A DNA stretch of 64,000 nt from an uncultured Bacillota bacterium (GCA_949287095.1 CASEFA010000001.1:69320-133319), one strand, 5' to 3'. Positions 1 through 10,972 are shown, counted from the stretch's first letter. Numbers and translations: made by a program. The notes: generated from the letters alone by a model not told the origin.

Positions 1-655
1 CCCTCTGAAGAAAAGCCCACGGCCTTTTCAGCCTTTTAAGTCTGGCAAAGGCTTTAAGATTCAGGGTGTCTATCTTTGTCTTCACCATGGTCACGAGAAA
101 CTCCTCGTCCGTCTCCTCCGCCGCTTCCAGCATCTGCCTGTAGCAGGCTTTGTCCAGGACTATGTCGATATCCTGAGGGTCGCCGCTCCTGCCGTAGAGA
201 TCGGTGGCCTCCTTTATGGCGTCCTTCATCAAAGGCGGCATAAAGTCGTAGTTTCTCTCCTTCACCATTACCACCGTCTTCATCATGTCCGTATCGCCCG
301 ACGAAATGAGATAGTTGTCGTCCGGGGTCACGCCCAGAATTTCAGCCTTCAGGCATACTTTGATGTTGTGGTAGTCGAAAGGAAACAGCATGAATGCCAG
401 CTCCTTTCTCTCGGGCAGAGTGTTATATATGAGGTCAAAGAGGTTATTCTGCTCTCTTCTTATGAAGGCCTCAACGTCGCCGTTTTTCAGATCCTGCGAA
501 TCGCCATAGCCGTACTCCTTCAGTATTACATCGGCCGCATCAAGGTCTCTGCTTGCGATAACCCGGGAAAGGTCCTTTCTGGTCATGAGATTTCGGGAGA
601 AGCAGCCTATGAAGGCGTCCGCAAAGATGTATTCGTCTGTCTTTCTCTTTGCCAT
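1..655 (-). CDS. ntpC: V-type ATP synthase subunit C, N-terminal part (3' end lies beyond the left edge)
   Basis: Absent from the ORF track because it has no in-window stop. Hand translation of the minus strand from ATG 655-653 gives MAKRKTDEYIFADAFIGCFSRNLMTRKDL...FPFDYHNIKVCLKAEILG..., open to base 1. It follows subunit E in the I-K-E-C order of bacterial V-ATPase operons. Confidence 0.8.
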   Translation of the reverse strand, partial: MAKRKTDEYIFADAFIGCFSRNLMTRKDLSRVIASRDLDAADVILKEYGYGDSQDLKNGDVEAFIRREQNNLFDLIYNTLPERKELAFMLFPFDYHNIKVCLKAEILGVTPDDNYLISSGDTDMMKTVVMVKERNYDFMPPLMKDAIKEATDLYGRSGDPQDIDIVLDKACYRQMLEAAEETDEEFLVTMVKTKIDTLNLKAFARLKRLKRPWAFLQR

Positions 656-666
656 CTTATCTCTCC

Positions 667-1254
667 TTACTTAAACAGCCTTGCCGCAACCTCCGGCACC
701 AGCTCGCTTCTCATTGCGTCTATTCTCGCCTCTACGCTTCCGTTCACGTAGACGCTTCCGCGTTTTACTATAACGCCGGCCTTTATCTTCCTCGTCTCCT
801 CCGAAAGAGCGTACTTTCCGCCGCCGCTTTCTTCCAAAAGTTTTTCCAGCTTTTCGCCGTACTTTTCTCTGTCTCTTTCGCTTAAGATGAGCTCTCCGCC
901 TTCGGGAGCCAGAGTTTTCGCCGTGTCTGCGAGAAACTTAAGGTATACGTCCTCGTCCAGACCGGCAATCTTTTTAACCGCCTCGGCAAGGCACCGCTCT
1001 ATGAGAATCTGCTTCTCCTCCAAAATGAGCTTACCTGCGTCTATCTTTGCGACGGAAACGTTTCTCTCCACCATCGCGGCTCTTTCGGCTTCGCCGTCTG
1101 CTCTCATGGCCTCGCGCTTTTCTTCGGCTTCTTTTCTGGCCAGTGCGAGAATTTCCTCCCGCCTTGCGGCAGCCTCCTGAGATATAGCGACGGCTTCCCT
1201 TTCGGCGTCATATATAATTTTAGAAGTAATGTTGTCTATTGCCATATGACTCAC
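667..1254 (-). CDS. ntpE: V-type ATP synthase subunit E (peripheral stalk)
   Basis: 195-aa ORF with an Ala/Glu/Lys/Arg coiled-coil N-terminus (AEREAVAISQEAAARREEILALARKEAEEKREA) and a globular C-terminus. Operon context between K and C. Confidence 0.85.
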   Translation of the reverse strand: MSHMAIDNITSKIIYDAEREAVAISQEAAARREEILALARKEAEEKREAMRADGEAERAAMVERNVSVAKIDAGKLILEEKQILIERCLAEAVKKIAGLDEDVYLKFLADTAKTLAPEGGELILSERDREKYGEKLEKLLEESGGGKYALSEETRKIKAGVIVKRGSVYVNGSVEARIDAMRSELVPEVAARLFK

Positions 1255-1281
1255 ATCCTTTTTTCCGGATCGGGCTTCCGT

Positions 1282-3732
<2,451 letters not shown>

Positions 3733-3746
<14 letters not shown>

Positions 3747-4059
3747 TTGTGTTCACTATCCTTTCTGTGACGTACGCCACCGCTTCCGGGAAATTTGGTT
3801 CGGCGCGCTGGGCTATAACCGACTGCTGCCTCTTCGCCTCTGCCATGGCGGCGTCGTATTCCTTCTTCGCCTCTTCCTCCCCCTTTGCGATGAGAGTCTT
3901 ATATATACTCTCGGCTTCCTCTTCAGCCTTTTCAATAGTAACTGCGGCATCATTTTCGGCCTTTTCCATCATTTCCCTGGCGTCTGATCTGGCTTTCTTC
4001 AGCGTAGCGTCAGCCTTTGCTTCAGCTGCCTTTACCAGATTCAGCTCTTTTGCAAACAT
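3733..4059 (-). CDS. small coiled-coil V-ATPase stalk subunit (G/H-like)
   Basis: 108 aa, almost entirely Ala/Glu/Lys coiled coil (AAEAKADATLKKARSDAREMMEKAENDAA...). First gene of the operon, overlapping the ntpI start. Confidence 0.55.
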
Positions 4060-4370
4060 ATTCCGTCACCTCCCTGTGTATCGTTGATAATTTTTTCACG
4101 ATACAGCGCAATTCTGACTTTCCTTAATTATTCCCCCGGTTTAGATAAAATCAAAATATTGCACCTATTTTACCCGAATTATACCCCCATTTCAACAAAA
4201 ATACTCGCGCTTTCGTCAAGTATACAGTGTACTTACATTAGTACACGGCGGCGGCACGTATGCGTGAGACGGCTGCGGGGGCGGCAGATTGCCGCAGATA
4301 GTGCGCAGAGGGCGGCAACGATGATTAAAGCGGTCGTTGGTTTGAGAGGATACCGGTTTAATGGGACACC

Positions 4371-4598
4371 GGTTTGGTCAAAACTCTAATCCGATGCTGA
4401 AAGACCAAATTTCTTGGGTTAAATCGTCGATTTCTCTGTTAAAAGCCAAGTTTTTACGCTTATTCTTTACATATTATGACATATATTGGTGTTAGTGGCA
4501 CTATTTTGGCGCTTTTATTTGGTTTTCTTGACTCTTATCCGCAGAAAAGCCAAGAAAATTTGGTTTTTCCGCCTCAATATCTCAGAATGACCAAACTC
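4371..4598. repeat. nested-inverted-repeat intergenic element, copy A (CCAA/TTGG family)
   Basis: Aligns by eye over its whole length with 24478-24718 in the same orientation. Left end GGTTTGGTCA...GAAAGACCAAATTTCTTGG is an imperfect inverted repeat of right end CCAAGAAAATTTGGTTTTT...CAGAATGACCAAAC. No ORF. Confidence 0.7.
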
Positions 4599-4675
4599 GC
4601 CGTCTCTCCTCCTACCACAAAAGCCGCAGAGTAAAGTCAGGTACCGCATCGCTTGAACTTAAACCCTTGCAACAG

Positions 4676-4701
4676 AAAATCCCGGCCGCAACCGGGATTT
4701 T
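4676..4701. terminator. hairpin terminator downstream of whiA
   Basis: AAAATCCCGG-ccgcaa-CCGGGATTTT: a 10-bp stem flanked by A and T runs, 18 nt beyond the whiA stop. Confidence 0.7.
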
Positions 4702-4718
4702 AATATGCACGCAGAGCC

Positions 4719-5660
4719 TTACAGCTTCCCTGCTATTTCTTCTATCTTCTTAAACCTGTTATTCAGGCCCGACTTTTTCATGGGCGGGTCCGTCATCTCC
4801 GCCAGCTGGGTGAGGCTGGCTTCCGGATTTTCAAGGCGAAGTTCTGCCACCTCCCGGAGTTTTTCCGGAAGGCTTGAGAGGCCCTTTTTCTCTTCTATTT
4901 TCCTTATCCACTCTATCTGCTTCTGAGCAGCGTTGATGGTGCGGTCGGCATTGGCGTTGTCACAGTTGGTTATGCGCACCGTCTCGTTGACCAGCTCCTT
5001 CTTTATCTTCACGTTCTCAAAGGCCAGCATCTGGGTGTGGGCGCCCATTATAGCGAGGGTATCGCAGATGTAGTCGGAGTTCTTCATATATACGGCGTAC
5101 CCGCCTCTTCGGCTTACGGTCTTTGCCGACAGATCCACAAAGGTGTTTATCATCTTCTTCAGGTCGTCAGCAAATCTTCTGGAAGCGCAGAGAATCTCAA
5201 GGTGATACGCCTTTTCCGGGTCAGAAACGCTGCCCGAGCCCATGAATACGCCGCGAAGGTATGACTTTCTGCAGCATTTTGTCCTGATGAGGTCGTCGTA
5301 TATTCCGTCGGAAATGTAGTTGTTTCCCTCCCGGACGAGGAGAATTCCCGTCTCGCGGAGAATCTGCTCACTTCGCATTTCCGGGCCTATGGTGAGCATG
5401 TAGATTCTGCCCTTTTTCAGGTTGGTTCCTTCTCCCAGCTCCAGCTCCGTGTCCACCTGAAAGTAGTCCTTAATTAGCTTCTTGTAGTGACGGGCCACCG
5501 CCGGGTTATCTGTCGTAATTACAATCCTAAACTTTCCGCCTCCTGCAAGGCGTATACTTCCGGACACCCGAAGAAAGCCTGCGATTTCGGCAAGCTGGCA
5601 GCATTTTTTAGGCGGATATACCCTTGAAAGCTCGTTTTTCGTCTCGGTTGAAAATGACAT
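4719..5660 (-). CDS. whiA: DNA-binding sporulation/cell-division regulator WhiA
   Basis: 313 aa. MSFSTETKNELSRV...KKCCQLAEIAGFLRVSGSI N-terminus (LAGLIDADG-derived fold) and a C-terminal HTH (SLTQLAEM...SGLNNRFKKI), characteristic of WhiA. Confidence 0.9.
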   Translation of the reverse strand: MSFSTETKNELSRVYPPKKCCQLAEIAGFLRVSGSIRLAGGGKFRIVITTDNPAVARHYKKLIKDYFQVDTELELGEGTNLKKGRIYMLTIGPEMRSEQILRETGILLVREGNNYISDGIYDDLIRTKCCRKSYLRGVFMGSGSVSDPEKAYHLEILCASRRFADDLKKMINTFVDLSAKTVSRRGGYAVYMKNSDYICDTLAIMGAHTQMLAFENVKIKKELVNETVRITNCDNANADRTINAAQKQIEWIRKIEEKKGLSSLPEKLREVAELRLENPEASLTQLAEMTDPPMKKSGLNNRFKKIEEIAGKL

Positions 5661-5678
5661 AATTCTGCACCCTTCGTT

Positions 5679-5712
5679 AAAAAAGAAGCCTCACTCCCTG
5701 ATGAAGTGAGGC
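5679..5712 (-). terminator. rho-independent terminator after the BKACE gene
   Basis: On the minus strand, GCCTCAC-ttcatcaggga-GTGAGGC followed by TTCTTTTTT. It lies only about 19 nt upstream of the whiA ATG. Confidence 0.65.
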
Positions 5713-5730
5713 TGCCGTTAAACTACATAA

Positions 5731-6561
5731 CTATTTTCTCGGTGGAAGTGAGAGAATCTCTCTTGCTTCGTCAGGTGTAGCAATTTCTCTTCCGAGAAGC
5801 TTTGCAATCTGAACTGCCTTAGCTACCATTTCTCCGTTGCTCTTAGCGAGAACGCCCTTCTCCAGGTAGAGGTTATCCTCGAAACCTACTCTTACGTGTC
5901 CTCCCATAGCGATGGTCGCTGCAGCGATGTGCCATGCATTCTTTCCAAGGCCCGTTGCAGTCCAGGTGGATCCCGGAGGAATTGAGCCAACCATGAATAC
6001 CAGGTCTCTGATGGTAGCTGTCATCTGAACTCCGAGAACGAAGTCGAAGTGAAGCGGATGAACCAGAAGACCCTTTCTGTCAGCAACCTTAAGAGCCAGG
6101 TCGATCATGCCCTTGTCGAATACCTCGAGCTCAGGCTTGATTCCTCTTTCCTTAAGGATAGTAGCAAAGTTTTCGATAGTAGTGTCGGAGTTTACAAAGA
6201 TCTCGTCTCCTCCGAAGTTGCAGGTACCGCAGTCCAGTGTAGCCATTTCAGGGGTAGGAACGATCTCGGTGGACTGAAGTCTCTCCAGATCAGTCATGCC
6301 TACTGCTCCGCCTGTGGAAGGCTGAATGATTACATCAGGACATTCCTTTCTGATGGCGTCTACGCAGACCTGGAATCTCTCCTTGCTCTGAGTAGGGGTG
6401 CCGTCGTCTTCTCTTACGTGAAGATGTATGAGCGCTGCTCCTGCGTCATAAGCGGATTTAGCCTCTTTTACAATCTCCTCTACGGTGTAAGGAACTGCCG
6501 GGTTCTGCTCTTTAGTAACTTCTGCACCGCATATGCAGGCGCTGATGATAAGTTTGTCCAT
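5731..6561 (-). CDS. BKACE family enzyme (3-keto-5-aminohexanoate cleavage enzyme-like, DUF849)
   Basis: 276 aa. N-terminal MDKLIISACICGAEVTKEQNPAVPYTVEEIVKEAKSAYDAGAALIHLHVREDDGTPTQ matches the BKACE/DUF849 TIM-barrel signature as I remember it. Confidence 0.75.
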   Translation of the reverse strand: MDKLIISACICGAEVTKEQNPAVPYTVEEIVKEAKSAYDAGAALIHLHVREDDGTPTQSKERFQVCVDAIRKECPDVIIQPSTGGAVGMTDLERLQSTEIVPTPEMATLDCGTCNFGGDEIFVNSDTTIENFATILKERGIKPELEVFDKGMIDLALKVADRKGLLVHPLHFDFVLGVQMTATIRDLVFMVGSIPPGSTWTATGLGKNAWHIAAATIAMGGHVRVGFEDNLYLEKGVLAKSNGEMVAKAVQIAKLLGREIATPDEAREILSLPPRK

Positions 6562-6629
6562 TGGTCTTCTCCTTTAAATCTCTATTACCTGTATCCGCCA
6601 GTGCCGCGGACACCTTTAAACTGATATAG

Positions 6630-6658
6630 ATTATATCATCAAATGTCCCTGTGTTCAA
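6630..6658 (-). promoter_or_regulatory. sigma70-type promoter for the BKACE gene (TTGAAC-17-TATAAT with TG extension)
   Basis: Minus strand reads TTGAACacagggacatttgaTGaTATAAT. It overlaps the last codons and stop of rapZ. Confidence 0.55.
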
Positions 6659-7502
6659 GGGTGAGCCTGAGTCCTTCTTTATCGTTGAGCCTTCTGTACA
6701 TGCAGTTGGCCATGGTGACGCTGCGATGCTGGCCTCCCGTACATCCGAAGGCTACATTAAGGTGGTATTTACCCTCTTTAATGTACGCCGGAATCATCTC
6801 CATGAGAAGGGACTCGAACTTTTCCGCAAAGTCTGCGGCAACCTTCTGCCTCATGACGTAATCGTACACTTTTTTATTGTTCCCAGTAAGCTTCTTCAGG
6901 CTCTTTACGTAATACGGGTTAGGGATGAACCTCATGTCCAGAACCATATCCGCTTCGGCCGGAATGCCCTTTTTAAACCCGAATGACATTATGTTCACCG
7001 CAAAGGACGAACCGCCCTTTTCCTCACCGAACAGCCGCTCTATTTCTCTCTTCAGGTCTGCGACCTTCATCCCGGTAGTGTCTATTATATAGTCCGCGGT
7101 GGCTCTCACATCAGCCAGGGTATCCTTCTCCCGCTCTATTACTTCTCTGCTGGTGGATCCTGCCGCCAGCGGATGGTTTCGCCTGGTCTCGTTGTATCTC
7201 TTTATGAGGGTTTCGTCGGAAGCCTCGATGAAGAGAACCTTGCAGTCTATCCTTTCGTCCTTCCTGAGATCGGCTATGCACGATACCAGTTCAGAGAAAA
7301 ACTCTCCTCCCCGCACGTCAACGACAAAAGCCGCTCTGTCTATCTTCTTCTTCGACAAAGCCGTCAGTCCGATGAAGTCCTTTATCAGGGCAGGAGGCAT
7401 ATTGTCCACGCAGTAATACCCTCTATCCTCGAACCAGTCTATGGCGTTGGTCTTTCCCGCACCGGAAAGTCCCGTCACGATTACAGTCTGCAAAACATCC
7501 AT
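6639..7502 (-). CDS. rapZ: RNase adapter / nucleotide-binding protein RapZ (YvcJ)
   Basis: 287 aa. P-loop VIVTGLSGAGKTNAIDWFEDRGYYCVDNMPPALI and C-terminal GCTGGQHRSV motif. Confidence 0.9.
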   Translation of the reverse strand: MDVLQTVIVTGLSGAGKTNAIDWFEDRGYYCVDNMPPALIKDFIGLTALSKKKIDRAAFVVDVRGGEFFSELVSCIADLRKDERIDCKVLFIEASDETLIKRYNETRRNHPLAAGSTSREVIEREKDTLADVRATADYIIDTTGMKVADLKREIERLFGEEKGGSSFAVNIMSFGFKKGIPAEADMVLDMRFIPNPYYVKSLKKLTGNNKKVYDYVMRQKVAADFAEKFESLLMEMIPAYIKEGKYHLNVAFGCTGGQHRSVTMANCMYRRLNDKEGLRLTLEHRDI

Positions 7503-7507
7503 AGTTC

Positions 7508-8263
7508 CTAAACCTCTTCAATGTTCACAATACGTTCTATATCCAGTCCTGCAGCAAGAGCCCGCCGCACTCCGTTCTCGAAGCTTCCCACTCTTTCCGG
7601 CGTGTGAGCGTCGCTGCTGACTATGAACTTCACATCAAAATCTGCGCAGATTCTTATCTCATCCTCGGTGAGGTGAGAGTGCCACGTGCTTATCTCCATC
7701 CATGTGTCATTGGCCTCGCAGGCTCTGGCCAGCTCCGCAATGTCGAACTTCGCCTTATCCCCCGGATGAGTCAGAATTCTTATGTCGTTTTCATAGAGGC
7801 ACTTTACCGTCATATCTGTATTTGCGGCCATAAGCCTTCTTCCAGAACCGGCCGGCATAACTCCGCCCTTCGCGATACCGTTTTTCAGGCAGTTTCCGTT
7901 AAGAACGCCGTAATGATAACCCGCTATGACGAAGTCGAACATCTTCTTTTCCCTTTCGTTAAGGTCTATGTACGGAGCTTTTTTCAGGACGTTGGCCTCA
8001 ACACTTAAATATATGTCGATGTCCGGATAAAGCTTGTTCAGCCTGTCCACTTCAGCCCGCATTATGGTAAAGTCGCCCCGCTTTACTCCGTATAAGATGT
8101 GTCCCGGACCGTGGTCGGAAATGGCGACTGCCTTAAGTCCCTTCTCTGCGGCCACTTTCACGTTATCCTCTATGCTGCCCTTTCCGTGGGAAAAGGTCGT
8201 ATGGGTATGGTAATCAAAAGTCATACGGTAAGTCTTACCGTTAATTTCTGCCGTATTTATCAT
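7508..8263 (-). CDS. PHP-family phosphoesterase (histidinol-phosphatase-like)
   Basis: 251 aa. DYHTHTTFSHGKGS metal-binding N-terminus and a later SSDAH motif. Confidence 0.75.
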   Translation of the reverse strand: MINTAEINGKTYRMTFDYHTHTTFSHGKGSIEDNVKVAAEKGLKAVAISDHGPGHILYGVKRGDFTIMRAEVDRLNKLYPDIDIYLSVEANVLKKAPYIDLNEREKKMFDFVIAGYHYGVLNGNCLKNGIAKGGVMPAGSGRRLMAANTDMTVKCLYENDIRILTHPGDKAKFDIAELARACEANDTWMEISTWHSHLTEDEIRICADFDVKFIVSSDAHTPERVGSFENGVRRALAAGLDIERIVNIEEV

Positions 8264-9125
8264 CTATAATCCTCACCTCCGGTTCCAGCATTACCCCTGT
8301 TCTGTCATACACCGTGTTCTGCACCAGGTGCATGAGATCCACTATATCCTGCGGGGTTGCGCCTCCGGCGTTTATTACAAAGCCTGCATGCTTTGACGAC
8401 ACCTGCGCTCCCCCTACGCTTATACCCTTAAGTCCCGCATCTTCCACAAGCTTTCCTGCAAAATGTCCGGCGGGTCTTTTGAAAAAGCTTCCCGCGCTGG
8501 GGTACTGAACCGGCTGTTTTTCGTTTCGCTGCCTGGTCAGCTCGGACATTCTGGTTTTGATTTCCGCCCTGTCGCCCTTTGTCAGGCGAAGGCCCACGGA
8601 CACCACGATATCCCCCGTCTCCTCCAGGGCGCTGTGCCTGTAGGAGAGGGCAAGTTCCTCCGGGCGCAAAGTCTTAAGCTCACGTCCGTCCGGTGAAACC
8701 ACGTTTACAAGTTCCACTATGTCCTTCATCTCGCCGCCGTATGCTCCCGCGTTCATAAATACCGCGCCGCCTATGCTCCCCGGAATTCCCGATGCGAACT
8801 CGAAGCCTGCCAGAGAATTTTCAAGAGCCGCCGAAGCCACTTTACTCATAAGGGCCGAAGCTCCGCAGACTAAAAGCGTATCGTCTTTTACCGATATATC
8901 CGAAAACCCTTCTCCCAGCTTCACCACTGTGCCCGGATACATGTCCGCCACGAACAGGGTATTGCTGCCGTTTCCCAGGAGCAGGTGAGGCTCCCCCGAT
9001 TCGGTAAGCTCCGAAAGAAGTTCCCTCAGCTCTTCAACGTTTTCCGCCGTCGCAAGGCGCTTCACCTTTCCTCCCGTGCGAAAAGAAGTGTATGCGCTCA
9101 TATCAACGTCATATCTATATTCCAT
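8241..9125 (-). CDS. murB: UDP-N-acetylenolpyruvoylglucosamine reductase
   Basis: 294 aa. FAD-binding YTSFRTGG...LLLGNGSNTLF and C-terminal GSFFKRP...AGKLVEDAGLKG motifs. Confidence 0.9.
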   Translation of the reverse strand: MEYRYDVDMSAYTSFRTGGKVKRLATAENVEELRELLSELTESGEPHLLLGNGSNTLFVADMYPGTVVKLGEGFSDISVKDDTLLVCGASALMSKVASAALENSLAGFEFASGIPGSIGGAVFMNAGAYGGEMKDIVELVNVVSPDGRELKTLRPEELALSYRHSALEETGDIVVSVGLRLTKGDRAEIKTRMSELTRQRNEKQPVQYPSAGSFFKRPAGHFAGKLVEDAGLKGISVGGAQVSSKHAGFVINAGGATPQDIVDLMHLVQNTVYDRTGVMLEPEVRIIDDKYGRN

Positions 9126-10354
9126 TAAAGTACGTCCTTTCTGTTTATGTCGTATTTATTAAATTCAATGTATTCGTCCGTAGCCTGAGGCATCTCTTTC
9201 CTCTCCAGCTTCCGGCGAATGTATCTGCCGAAGTAGTAGTATATTATGGCGAATACCGGCACGCCCAGCACCATTCCGATAAAGCCGAACATTCCTCCTG
9301 CAACGATTATGGCAAACATTACCCAGAAACTTGCAAGGCCCGTGGTCTCTCCCAGAATCGTCGGCCCTATGACATTTCCATCAAGCTGCTGTATAACCAG
9401 TATCAGCACGAGGAAGTAAAGGGACTGAAGCGGACTTACCAGGAAGATAATTATGGCCGAAGGAATGGCTCCGATGAAAGGGCCGAAAAACGGTATTACA
9501 TTGGTTACGCCCACTATGGTGCTTACGAGAGCCGGATAAGGCAGCCCCAGCAGTCTCATAGAGCAGTAGCATATCACTCCGATTATGGCCGAATCTATTA
9601 TCTTTCCGTTTATAAAGCCTCCGAAGGTTCTGTTGGCGAAGTTTCCGAAATCGAATATCTCATCTGACACCTTCTTTGAGGTGGTGGCGAGAATAATCTT
9701 CTTCGCCTGAGCCTTAAACCGTTCTTTGCTGTTGAGAAGATAAACGCATGCGATTATTCCCACCAGTACGTTGAGCGCAGCCTTGAGTGTTATTATCACG
9801 CCTGTTGAAATAGCTTCCATGTACTTTCCGATGGTGTTCATAAGGTCGCTCTGGACCCACCCGAGTACAGAGTCCTCCATCCTCTGGACGATACTGTCAA
9901 GGGCGTCTGCCGCAGCCGGTGAACTGAATCCGGACGCCACGTCCTGAACCCATTCCGTAAGGGCGTCGAACCTGTCCGGAAGGGTCTGTATTATTCCCGT
10001 AATACTCCTGATAAGCTCAGGTATGAGAAGAGCAATGAGACCTCCGACCACGCCGAACAGGACGAGGAGAGAGATGACAGTTCCGATTATCTTAGATATG
10101 GCAAAAGCTCTCCTTCTGTTTTTCAGCCTGATAAGCCCGTAGGTCTTTCTTACCGCAAGATTATACACGGGACAAAGCAGGTAAGCCATGACGAAACCGT
10201 AAACAAACGGTGATATAATGCTCTCCGCAGTATACAGAATCTCTCTGAATCCCGTAAAATCCATGACTATATGATAAAAGACTATGAGCGCCGCTCCCGT
10301 AAGAAAAAGGGTAACGGCCAGTTTGAAATATCTGCTCTGTCTGAGATGCTTCAT
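9125..10354 (-). CDS. AI-2E family transporter (PerM/YhhT-like, UPF0118)
   Basis: 409 aa polytopic membrane protein. C-terminal VIPFFGPFIGAIPSAII...LDGNVIGPTILG pattern. Confidence 0.8.
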   Translation of the reverse strand: MKHLRQSRYFKLAVTLFLTGAALIVFYHIVMDFTGFREILYTAESIISPFVYGFVMAYLLCPVYNLAVRKTYGLIRLKNRRRAFAISKIIGTVISLLVLFGVVGGLIALLIPELIRSITGIIQTLPDRFDALTEWVQDVASGFSSPAAADALDSIVQRMEDSVLGWVQSDLMNTIGKYMEAISTGVIITLKAALNVLVGIIACVYLLNSKERFKAQAKKIILATTSKKVSDEIFDFGNFANRTFGGFINGKIIDSAIIGVICYCSMRLLGLPYPALVSTIVGVTNVIPFFGPFIGAIPSAIIIFLVSPLQSLYFLVLILVIQQLDGNVIGPTILGETTGLASFWVMFAIIVAGGMFGFIGMVLGVPVFAIIYYYFGRYIRRKLERKEMPQATDEYIEFNKYDINRKDVL

Positions 10355-10504
10355 AACTCATCCTCCTGCTCTTATACTAACACAGTATACCGTTTTTTTC
10401 CACAGGCTGACGACCCTTTCACCTGTGTTTTTTCGCCGTTGAGGAGCAGCGCGCCGGATTGCGGGAATATTTATTATTCATTTTAAGTTTTTATGAAAAA
10501 AGTG

Positions 10505-10532
10505 TTGACTTTTATACGACTGCACGTATAAT
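10505..10532 (+). promoter_or_regulatory. sigma70 promoter TTGACT-16-TATAAT
   Basis: gtgTTGACTtttatacgactgcacgTATAATtat, about 80 nt upstream of the 82-aa ORF. Confidence 0.6.
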
Positions 10533-10610
10533 TATTTTCAGAGGGATCCGTACCGGCGTCCCGGAGAAAAAGCCGGCGGACGCAGATATATTTGTTTTTT
10601 GAAAGGAAGT

Positions 10611-10859
10611 ATGTCAGAGATGCTTAAGAACGTAAAGACCAACTGCCCAACATACGCAGACCTGTATATGGAGAACGGTCACATCAGTAAAATAAACGGT
10701 AAGGAACTCGATGCAGAAGGCGTTGAAAATGTAATCGCATACCTGGGACGCGAAGTCGACGTTACGGTGGAAAATTTTATGGACACCGTTAACAGCAAGG
10801 GTATGCAGGACGGCGAGATGCACGTTAAAATGCATAACGGAGCCGTAAGCTTTGTATAA
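10611..10859 (+). CDS. hypothetical 82-aa soluble protein
   Basis: The track ORF starts at a TTG (10599). GAAAGGAAG precedes ATG 10611 at ribosome-binding-site distance, so MSEMLKNVKTNCPTYADLYMENG... is preferred. It has its own promoter and terminator. I recognise no family. Confidence 0.5.
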   Translation: MSEMLKNVKTNCPTYADLYMENGHISKINGKELDAEGVENVIAYLGREVDVTVENFMDTVNSKGMQDGEMHVKMHNGAVSFV

Positions 10860-10941
10860 TTTTCATACCCGAATCGATTTGCAATAATTCTCCATCTCCA
10901 CATGGAGTAATTATGATATTTCCACCCAATAACAGTTCAGT

Positions 10942-10972
10942 AAAAGAGGACGCCGTGAAAGCGTCCTCTTTT
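10942..10972. terminator. bidirectional rho-independent terminator
   Basis: AAAAGAGGACGC-cgtgaaa-GCGTCCTCTTTT between convergent genes. Confidence 0.75.

Noticed and set aside
4535-4543. TTATCCGCA inside repeat copy A, one mismatch from a DnaA box.
   Set aside because: It is a single occurrence, not conserved at the aligned position of copy B, and no cluster of boxes or AT-rich unwinding element accompanies it.
4555-4575. AAAAGCCAAGAAAATTTGGTTTTT (and the equivalent in copy B) as a rho-independent terminator.
   Set aside because: The stem is only 4-5 bp (CCAA/TTGG), too weak for an intrinsic terminator. It is better explained as a repeated motif of the element.
5731-6561. Considered whether this ORF is simply a divergent YvcK (the gene expected between rapZ and whiA).
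   Set aside because: It is about 276 aa with the BKACE/DUF849 N-terminal signature and none of the CofD-like glycine-rich motifs I associate with YvcK. It is kept as BKACE pending an HMM check.
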